Assembly: GCA_051294375.1 (NCBI GenBank)
Contig: CM119265.1
Location: 10,557,042-10,621,041 of the forward strand
DNA: 64,000 nt
Origin: Paraspadella gotoi
Taxonomy: Eukaryota > Animalia > Chaetognatha
Direction: 5' to 3'
Shown here piece after piece: positions 44,316-54,472 of the stretch. Numbering within the stretch: the stretch's first letter is position 1; the number at the start of each line of letters is the position of its first letter. The notes under the pieces are model-generated. The model was not told the origin of the DNA and did not search any database. It saw nothing but the letters and a program-made list of their open reading frames with translations. The position numbers and the translations under genes are program-made.

Positions 44316-47300
44316 TTAAGGGCCGTCGAAACAATCTTCACCCGATATCAAGACGTCGTGCATGGCGTAACGCCAGGTCCAAATCCTGGCGATCCTGTTG
44401 TATTCGACGGGATCTTCCCTGATGATTTCCCCGATTGAGGGTTCCATGCTCGTCTCAAGGTAAGGATCGGTGAGCAAGGATTGGATGCTTATGAGGACTT
44501 TGGATATGGTTAGGGCGAGGCTCCAGTTATGATATAACGAGTCCAAACCAATGTCGCCGTGCCGAGAAATGTTGGGATGAAAGGTTCTGAGAATTTACAG
44601 GATTTTTGATTAAGTGGTAAAACTAAAAGCGGGCCTTTTTTAACCAACCTCGTGAGAAAACGAACGACGGGAGGTTTCATAGGATAGGTTGGAGGAATTT
44701 GCATGAAGAGGAAAAAGATTCCTCCTTCGTAGGGACTTCCCTGGGGCCCCGTGATCGTGGCCTGCCAATGACAGTAAAACCGATCCAACGGAGTCGCCTG
44801 AATGCCCTCGGGAGGATCCGACTGAGGTTTTTTTTTGGGGGGGGGGAATTAATAATCAAGTTTATTAACAAAAGTGAATCGTACCTATAAGACTTAGGGT
44901 AGTGAGGGGTAATTCGGAACACTGACATATATATTATATAATGAAATAAATATATATAAATATATGTAGTCGGGCATTGCCTAGGTTCACCCCGCCCTAT
45001 TAGCATGGACTCTTTCAGTTGTGACCCGGTGGCTCATTGAGTAAAGCCATCAAGCTCATGACCACTAGGTACCGGGTTCAATCCAACCCGGTACCTACCC
45101 TGCAGGGAAGTGAGGACGGCGTAAGCCGCCTTGGGAGCGTGGCAAACCCTCAGCTTGGTTCCAAGGCCCAGGACCGTTCCATGTCTGCTAGAGAGCGTTA
45201 TAGAGTTACGGATAGTCATCTTCTGCCCACTTTAGCGCCTTATCCACATATATATATATATAATGAAATAAAATAATTGTTGTACTAATTTTTTTAAAAT
45301 TTTTTGGTCATTAAATACTTCACCAATTTGACTTTCAAAATTAAAGTACAAACTCTACAACATTCCGCCTGCTGCTGAGGCAGCTTGACAGCATGCATTT
45401 GAAATTTGTCAGTCATATTGACGTAATGACTATATGGAATATTAAATATCTGATAGACGAGAACTACTATTTTAATTTTACGTTACAAAAATCTTGTGCC
45501 AGGGGACACTTTCCTAAGATATCATTACCAAGAAAAATTTTTTTTTAATAATATTTACTATGCAAAATTATTCATTAATTAAAAAAAGTAGATTCGAAAA
45601 TTACTCGCACTACTATATTATTCAGGCCGAACAAACTGATCGATATCATGTTTGGCCTTGCCTGTCTGTGATTCCTGTACGTCATGTACTTAAATAAGTA
45701 TATGAAGTTAATTTTTTTTTAAATGTAAAGCGAATTATTGATATTTACCGTTTAAAAATTTATAGCCGCACTATAATATGCAATGAATTAACAGAAAAAT
45801 GATTTTTCCAAAATATAATATCGAAAATTATAGCAAATAATGAAAATATGCGCCGTTTATCTCTACAGTAATATTTATTTGCTACATAAAGTTAGTAACT
45901 CTTAAATATATAGTATTTTTGAAAGGAATATATATAACAAATTTACAATTATAATAATTAATGTGGTGTAAAAAAACTAGTAATGAAAGGATTTAATAGT
46001 ATTTTTACCTCACGTTCATTCAGGAAAAATAAATGTTTTTATTTCTTGCATGCCTTTCCACAGTGAAATTTACAATTAATATGTTAGTCATTATTAAATT
46101 TTAGTACAGAACAAGAATGTTTTTAAAATCACTATACTCATGATGCATTTACATTAAGAGTTAGATCATTAAAAAGTTATTGACTTTTATGGATAATGGT
46201 TGTATGGAGTTCAGAACACAGCAGAGAGATGGCCAAGTTTACTCCTGAATTTTGGAGAAGGAAAAAAAATCCTGGATCTTTAAAATATTAAATGCGTAAA
46301 TCCGTAACTGAACTTTGTTCCCATTTCTGGAAAGGGTTTACTCCGTCATTTTGTCATTTTTGCTATGCGACAAAAAGAGAGCCGTATAAACTACCAGCAT
46401 ATTACAGCTTTTCTTTAGGTTAAAAACCCCTTCTGAATCTTATCAATCTATGAATGCTTTGTCTACGGCCGTTTGAAGGAATACCCAACACGGATATTTA
46501 TCTAGCGTGCAGTTTAAACAGTTTTGTAACGTGAGTTGCAGAAAAACGTCGCAAATAAAAATAGATTTTAAAAGATGAGAGAGAGACGAGTTTCCAACAA
46601 GATGAGAAAAATAGTTCGAGCGGGTGAATAATGCAAACGAAAAAATAATCAGACGGCAAGGCAATCTTCGCAATCGCGATCACGAGTGAATGTCGGACAA
46701 ATTAAATATAAGTCAATTGAGAGCTTTAGGCTCTTACTATTTACGATCGTTGGCAGCGCCGTCCGGTCGTGACCGATAGACGGGAGGAAAAAGGGCTCGA
46801 CGGGGGTTTCGGGAGCGGCGTGGATATGATATCAGATTTATTTGCCACGTTTGAAGAGGAGACGAGACGCGATGAGATTATTTGAAGACGATGACAAGTA
46901 ACGTGAAACGGAATCATCCCATATTTTTTATTGGTTTTAAAGCTTTGTTTATATAATTATGGTTTTTTATGATTTTGGGAATTTAATTATCGGCCAAATT
47001 ATGAACTGTTAATCTTTTTGTATAAACAAACAGTGAATCGACGGATCGTTGCCAGTGTTCAAAGTCACGGAAGTCAAGCAGCTCAAACACTAATGGACCT
47101 TTTATGAAGGACATTGATTATAGCCCATCGCAGGCGCCGCAGACGGCCTCTGAACAGCATTCTCTTTACGTGTCCCTCCGTAAAACAACGAGAAAATTGA
47201 GGCGGGAACACTGCGTGCGAATATATGACATTAAAATTAATTGACCTAAAAGTGGTCAAATGACGACAAAACGAGGTTAGCGAGCACGATAATTTACATA

Positions 47301-50300
47301 ATCCACAAAGCACTTTTTACAAAAATCTTCAACTAAAATCGTGAACATACTATCAATCTCAAAGACAACACGCGCTGTAGGCAGAACATAAGGAGAATTT
47401 ACAATTTTTAAATGAGGACAAGTGGAAGACAATATCGCGCCTTCTTACTCCTTATATCCTTGTTGACCCGATAGTACAATTTTCTTTTTTTTAAATCAAT
47501 TATTTTCTGAGGTGAATAAAGAAACGTGTTCTGTTATTCATTTGTTTTTATGTGATCACGATCGTCCGTCTAAAACTGTTATTTCTTTCTCATAACATAC
47601 GTTTTAGAACTCCTTAATCAACTCTTTTTGAAAGTAAGTTTCCAGCTATGCAAAGATAGATTTTTCGTTTAGAGACGAGGGAGTAGAGAGAGGAGAGAGA
47701 AAAATAGGAAGAGGGAGAAAGAAAGGAGTGAGGATTAAGTCCGGTTATACTGATGCGGCAGGGGCTTCTATTTATGAACCTTCTCTCACTTATTCTTCTT
47801 TGAAAAACACAACTTTTTATTAAGTAAAAATAAAACCAAAACTAAAATTCGATGGTACGTGACCAATTGCCCAACTCAATATCGCAATTGAAGATTCTTT
47901 TAAAAATTGTAAATCTGCAGTGGTTCCTCTGAAATATTTTTTTGGGAATTTTTATTGTGAAATTAAAATAAAATACAGTTAGGTAAAGGAATAGACAGGA
48001 ACTATTTTGAAAAATTTATATTGCTGCTATGATCCGCCCTAATCAGTTTGTAGGAGAAGAGGGGAAAGATGGTGATTAAGGCGTAGTAAAATTTTGAAAT
48101 TTAACTTTAATTAAAATTCTAAAAGTGAGGAAGAACAGCATTATACTATAACATTTGTGTAATAAATTTTACAATATACGCAGTAGGCCATATTTATAAA
48201 GTACTAATCCAATAAATGTTAAAATTTCAAACAGTTTTTTCTAAGATTTTTTTCAGATTTGGATTCGTCATAAAAGTTGATAAAGAGATATAATTCTTTG
48301 AAAAATTCTTCATTAAGTGGGTCAAAAATTAAGAAAGCTATATTTTAAGCTGAAAATTAATTTTTTATATATTAAATATAGTTTTTTTAATTTTCAACCC
48401 ACTTAATGAAAGAATTTTTAAAATGATTTACATTTTTTTATCAACTTTTGACGAGGAATTCAAATCTGCATCAAATTAAGAAAAGCTTATTTTGAAATTT
48501 TTGATTTTATAAGGATAGTACTATATATAAATATAGCCTACTGCGAAAATAAAAAAATAAAATAAATTTTTAAAATTAATGTTCACTGATGGTATGTTGT
48601 TCATAATTTACTTTCAGAATTTCCATACGTAACTTTCACGAGAGAGAGAGAGAAAAAGAGAGAGAGGGCAAAAAGCTTCCAAAACAGAGATAGTGGTTAA
48701 AGAATGAGTAGAGTTTAAGTTGAGGACAGATCAGCTGTGAAAAGAAGTGAAATGGTCAATTGGTGAAAAAGAGAGAGAGAGAGAGATAAGGAGAGAGAGA
48801 GAGACAACATAATACATTGTGCAATGTACAACAAGGAATAAGTTTAAACTAATAGTGAATTTAACAATTAATCTAATAATAAATAGATAGTAATAAAAGT
48901 AAAGAAAGTTTTTAAATATGAAATGATACATTTTTGTGAGGGATAGATAAGTGACTGTTAAAGTGAAAAAATTAAGAATTAAGATCGAGCTCAAAATGAG
49001 CAGGCCCCCCTTGGTTTATGCAAATAAAGGCCTTAACGATGAAGCCGGGTCATTGACATGTCATTGGTTGAGATGACAATTCTGTTGAGTTCGTTGCCAT
49101 TGCATTAGGCAGACTTCCTTGCGGGAAGAGACCAAGTGCAACTCGAATGTCTCTCTGGCCTGATACGCCTGCCGACTACCGCCCGGTAGTCGGCATTTTG
49201 AGCTCTATCTTAATTCTTAATTTTTTCACTTTAATAGTCACTTATCTATCCCTCACAAAAATGTATCATTTCATATTTAAAAACTTTCTTTCCTTTCATT
49301 ACTATCTATTTATTATTAGATTAATTGTTAAATTCACTATTAGTTTAAACTTATTCCTTGTTGTACATAGCACAATGTATTATTTTATCTCTCTCCCTCT
49401 CTCCTTCTATCTCTCTCTCTCTCTTTCACCAATTGACCATTTCACTTCTTTTCACAACTGATCTGTCCTCAACTTAAACTGTACTCATTCTTTAACCACT
49501 ATCTCTGTGTTGGAAGCTTTTTGCCCCCCCCTCTCTCTCTCTCTCCCTTCTTTTACACAAATTTGTAAATGCATCATTAACGCTGATGAAGACTCGAAAA
49601 TAAAGAGTCGAAACATGTCCGTATATAAATAAAATCGTTGATGAAAATATTTGTCAAACTTTGTTTAAATCTCTACACTCAACGAAGCTGAAAGGATTAA
49701 TACAATGGTTATAATTTGTTAATAATATGGACAGAATAACGTCGCATTTTGACATATCATAATATGAAACTATGTAACTGTCATTCTTTGGCAAAAAGAA
49801 ACCAAATGCTAAAAAAATACGAGAAAAAACGAAAACTATAGCACTAAAGGATATCAATTCTCTAATCATTGGCTCTTGAGAATTTGTATTAGCTCAAAGG
49901 CCGTCCAGTGGGTTAAATCTGTAGTTTTGGGGAAAATTCTTATGTTTTCTGCATTATCCAGCTCGCAGCATTGACTAGAATGTTAATTTTTACATGTTAT
50001 ATTATGTCATATAATTTCCATTGTCTTTAGAATCTATGGTATTGTTTTTTAGTTGATTGCTTTATGAATTTAAATATGATTTGAACATCGATTTCCCTGG
50101 AAGCTTTTGGAGCGCCCATTTTTCCATGACTCATAGCAGTAACGGCCTTTTTCAAGGAATTTTATTCCAACCACCTCTACTAGTTTTTCTAATGGAGTTT
50201 CTCGGCATTCGAGAAAAAATGATACATCTTGCCCCAGAAAATTCTCCAAATCTTACCCCAAACGCAAAAAAATTAAATTTGAAGTTGTAAAATTTTGCAC

Positions 50301-52158
50301 AATAAATGTTGAAAGTGAAAACTACGTTCATAACGTAGATAAACAATCTATAAAACAGTTGTTATATGTTGAAAAGGCTTACAGTACATGAGCATGTCAA
50401 AAAACCTCAAGTTAAAATAAATAAAATGCAAAATTTTATATTTTTTAGCATTCATGGTATAATCCTTTCTTTCGTTGTTGTAAGAGATTAGCTAAGTTTT
50501 TCGAATTTTTTACAACGATTTTATTTGTGAAAAAGCAGACATGCTTCGGCTCACAATTTCGAGCCTTCATCAGCGCTTGACATTTGTGTCAAACATGTCT
50601 GCTTTTTCACAAATAAAATCGTTGTAAAAAATTCGAAAAACTTTGCTAATATTTTTTAGCATAACTTTTGCAAATGTAAAGCAATCAGTTGGAAAGTTCA
50701 TGGGTCATCCTAAGACGAGTAGTTGCAGCTATTAAGACAACAAAAACGGATTGAAGATACTTCATGTATCTAAAATTAGCAATCCCCATCTTACCCTATG
50801 TCCCCGTCTTACCCTATCACAAATATCTACAATATAGCAATATATTTAGAATTCTGTCATCTCGGGTTCACCCAAACCTTTAACGCCTTCAGCTCGGATC
50901 GAAGACGGCGATGGCGCCACGAATTCTCTTCGATCGGCGATGGGTTCGTCAACATCATTTGGTCTAGGCAGAGTTGGCAGGGGGCGCTCTGAGCGAGACG
51001 TGAGTACGAATCGCGCCACGATCGCGGGCTGATGAGCGGCTCGTATAGAGGCCAGCGAAGGCGAAGGCAGGCGCGCCACTTTTCTTCTGGGTATTCGTCG
51101 TGAATGATTTGACGCCACCTGAGAAATAAATTTACCCCCGCCGTTAGTCAATTGGACGGATGTACCATTGTACAACGTACATAGATAAGACTGCAAACGG
51201 CTTTACTCACCGTGGGGAAACTTGCATCGCCTTCCACAGGGACAAGTCGTCCAAGTAAGAAAAGATAGCAATGAGAACCTCGGGAGGCAAAGAATCCACG
51301 AGGCGAGGCGGAACGATTTCCTTGTCCTAAAAGAATTTTTTAACGAATCGACATTATTTTAAACTTTTCATTTTTTCAAATTGGTAAGTTAAGTAAGGTC
51401 AAAAAACGGTAAACTCACTCTCGTCGTGGTCAATTGCAGGAGTTTGTCGGCCAATTTGCTGAGCCCGGGTCCCGCTCCTCCGCTGTTTGTGCGGGCGGAT
51501 CTCGCGGCGGCGGCGGCGTGATCCGATCCGCATGAGTGGAACGAAGAGCGCCGAACGCTGGAGGCGGTGTTCACGGTCGGTTCGCCGTCGTCGTGCGATG
51601 AAAGATTGTCGGCAGCGCCGGCGCCGGCGCCAGAGCCATCGTTTTCTAAACGGGCGGAGCGAGCGACGCGCCGCTTTCTCTCCGAGGCCGCGCCGGCAAA
51701 TGACGCCACTGTCGCGCCGGAAGACCCGTCAGTAACGATGGCGGCAAGATAATCGCTGCTCGGTTCCTCGTTGCCGGAATCGCCGGAATCCTCTTTCTCT
51801 TCTGTTCAAACAAGAACATTAAACATGAAGAGATAAAGCGAAGCCTTCGCAATCAGCTGAACTCACCAGCGCCTGAAGTGCCCGACTCTTCGGACCCTTC
51901 AGCGTCCCTGACGAATTCTGGAAACAAGAAGGCGTGGCAGGGTCCGCAGACGGGCTGCCCGAACGAAGGTCCGTAAAAACCCAGGCAGAAGTAACACGAA
52001 TCCGAGTTAATTCCAAGAGCGTGAGTGACTCGGTCGACGGGAACGACGGAAACGGACTGCGCGGAACCGTTCGTCGGGGGGGATTCCGCCGAGGGGCCGT
52101 TGACAAAACCGTTGGCGACGCCCACGTGGGCATCACCGTTTTCGCGAACTCTGTTCAT
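44316..52158 (-). CDS. morgue: Morgue: zinc finger + F-box + ubiquitin-conjugating enzyme variant, multi-exon
   Basis: CYFC...CGPC; F-box LPPEVLIAIFSYLDDLSL (about 51211-51327); UBC fold WQATITGPQGSPYEGG...YPMKPP...FHPNISRHGDIGLD with Gly at the catalytic Cys position. Confidence 0.9.
44965..45249 (+). mobile_element. tRNA-related SINE, copy 2
   Basis: A-box TGGCTCATTGAGT, B-box GGTTCAATCC; flanked by repeated TATATAATGAAATAAA; homologous to 18807-19082. Confidence 0.75.
48077..48639. mobile_element. MITE (TA-AGGCGTAG family), right end clipped at the adjacent fold-back element
   Basis: Inverted homologue of 31496-32102 lacking the terminal TACGCCTTA. Confidence 0.8.
48640..49710. mobile_element. 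Large fold-back Penelope-like element (diverged subfamily), left arm truncated
   Basis: Arms at 48640-48998 / 49194-~49545; shares CATTTTGAGCTC, CTTATCTATCCCTCA and spacer sequence with the 32.1-33.2 kb element; hammerhead and tail on the right. Confidence 0.8.
49580..49622 (+). ncRNA. Minimal type I hammerhead ribozyme
   Basis: ACG CTGATGA A GACTC gaaaataaa GAGTC GAAAC AT GTC CGT. Confidence 0.82.
50438..50662. mobile_element. Short fold-back Penelope-like insertion with hammerhead
   Basis: 14-bp TSD ATATTTTTTAGCAT at 50438 and 50649, tail of about 35 nt, inverted arms of about 57 bp. Confidence 0.8.
50533..50578 (-). ncRNA. Minimal hammerhead ribozyme with one core substitution (GAAG)
   Basis: AAGCG CUGAUGA A GGCUC gaaauugu GAGCC GAAGC AU GUC UGCUU. 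Confidence 0.65.
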
Positions 52159-52548
52159 AACCGATTAAGAGCATTTTACGCATCAAGAGTAAAGGCCATA
52201 TACAATGGACGTCCGTCGCCTTTCGACTCGCATTTTAAGGGAATTTTTTTAAGTAAAGAAAATCTGCAATAAATAATTTATGAAATTGGTACAACTAATT
52301 TAAAAATTATTCATTCATTCAATAAACAAGCGGAAGCTAGATTAATCCTAACTGGAATCTATCTGACGATCATATAGCTTAAAAAGACCCTAAAATATCA
52401 GAGGAACAGCGCTACCCAATCACTGGGTAGAACCCAAGGCAGAAAATCGTGTACTAGTGTAAATCGCACTATTACATTATTAGCAGAATCAGGTTGGTTT
52501 CATCACAAATTAGATTGAACTCACTCTTGAATTGAAACGCGTAGTTTC

Positions 52549-53832
52549 TCATTCCGAGCTGGTGTCGCTCAATCTCCAAGAGACGGGATCAATGGTGGAA
52601 TTGTTTCTATCCTGCGGAATGTAGAGTTCTTCGAAAAAGGGTTCGAAGTCATCGACGGCGGCTGAGACGGTTTCGACCTTTCGGAAGGCCATGCAGTGGA
52701 GATGTTTGAGCTTTTCGTATGAGATCCGAAGAAATCCCAAATGGGTCTCCATTGCTTGTTTCCAAGACTGCATCTGCTTGGTTCTTTTGCCAGGGTGGGA
52801 CGAGTCGGGGGTGACGATAACGAGGATTCCGTCCCGGCGGAGGACGCGATTGGCCTTCAAGCAGCAGACCCAACGTTGACGAGGAGACGGAAAGTATTCC
52901 AACAAAAGAGAGAAGACGACGACGTGAAAATGATCGGCAACGAGAACAGAATTCGGTTCTCCCCTTCCGCAACGGGGGCCTCCAGGAAATCCACTTCCAA
53001 TACTTGATCGGAGGCCGGAGAGATGTCGATAGCGACAGTACAAAAATCGGGGAATCGGCCGAAAGGGTCGTAGCAGGAGCCGACGTCGAGGAGCGATAAC
53101 TTGGTTGATGTACTTCCCACGCAAGCCTGCCATCTGGCGGTGACTTCAGAATGAAACGCCTCGCTTCCCTCCTCGGCCTAAAATTAAATAAATTTGTTAA
53201 AATATATTAAAAAAAATTAAAAATTTATTTGCATTGCAAATACGTAATACTTATTACGAATGACGACTAAGTCAAATATTTATAAAGTGAATCGTACATA
53301 AAAATAATTTAATTTGCAAGAAGCACAATTCTAAATTTCACTCTTTTACCTTCCTATACTCTGCCCAGTTTTTGTCGCAAAATAATTTTCGTTTAACGTC
53401 TTTTCCGACGTAGTGGTACAGTCCACTTCTGTCCAGATTGCCAGTTCTTCCAAAAAAGTAAGACAACACACGATTTTTCGTCCATTCGATTCTCGAACGC
53501 TTTCGGGCATCGAAGACGTTTGCCCAGTGACGCGTGGCAAGCGAGTGCATCGAATCGGCGTAGCGTCGACGCATTTCCTTTTCGTGGCGGAGATGATCTT
53601 GCCAAACGTCTTCGGCGCACTTTCCGTCGCGCACTTTTTTACGGAGGTGGGCGTGAACGCCCTTGACGTAATCGGCAAGGGATTGTTGGGAGGAGTCAGA
53701 GGGCTCATGGGTTGGTTCCTGTTTAGGCGACGGTGGAGCGGGGGATGCCGACGATCTAGTCGGAGCAGCCAAATCCAGGTCGACAGTTTTTTCGTCATCA
53801 AATAAGTGAAATAACGCAAGGTCTTCGTCCAT
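52549..53832 (-). CDS. SAMTOR: S-adenosylmethionine sensor upstream of mTORC1 (BMT2 family); apparent frameshift near 52935
   Basis: VKGVHAHLRKK, YADSMHSLATRHW, SRIEW, LLDVGSCYDPF, FHVVVFSLLLEYFPSPRQRWVCC, VTPDSSH, HLHCMAFRK. Confidence 0.88.
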
Positions 53833-54472
53833 CGTCTTTCCACGTTTCTAAAAATAGAATATTAAGTAGGGTTCATGAATCGCGAGTAACATAGAAAAAT
53901 AAGAGCATTGGGGAAACAATATATCACATCTGTTACAGATTTAAATGTTTAGTTTCGGCAACGCTATAGAAATTTTTTTTTTCGTTTTAAATCGGCCACG
54001 AATATTTTGGATACGTTTTCACACATAAAAACAAAAACCATCTCGATGGATCCTTCATTGCATTCTCGGGAATCAAATAAATCGGAGCTTCCTTTTAAAC
54101 AACCGAACAATCATCGCTGCGATTTTGAAAATTTAAAAAAAAATCATAATATTATGGCGTAATGTGGCTAAACTAACAAAGTGAGAAAAAAAATCTGTGA
54201 TAGTCAGAAAAACGCTTCTACGAGCAAGTAGCCAACAGCTATCGTAAACGACGATAGTTTAATCCATAAGAAAACAATTTTTCCAATAAGTAACGATCTT
54301 GCTATGTGAAGACGCTAATGTCTCTAGGCACTTGAAATTTTCCCGGCCCAACACTGCCACGATTAAAACTAGTCATCAATTTTTTTACACAACGAAAGTT
54401 ACAAAGTGGAGGAAGTGCCTGGGTCGAATGCTGGTTTCGAACCCGACATCTCTGCGCGCGTTCGACCCCTTT

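Noticed and set aside
44894-44923. TAGGGTAGTG(A/C)GGGGTAATTCGGAACACT, also at about 63849, as a complete DNA transposon
   Set aside because: Likely a TIR, but both copies are in the same orientation and no inverted partner was found in the window.
49026-49058. KGLNDEAGSL as a GIY-YIG endonuclease C-terminus
   Set aside because: It is antisense to the ribozyme orientation of that arm and not conserved as protein in the homologous spacer at 32671-32722.
48731-49461. Mirror-image hydrophobic ORFs (87 and 104 aa)
   Set aside because: By-products of the AT-rich inverted arms; not conserved in the related 32-33 kb element.
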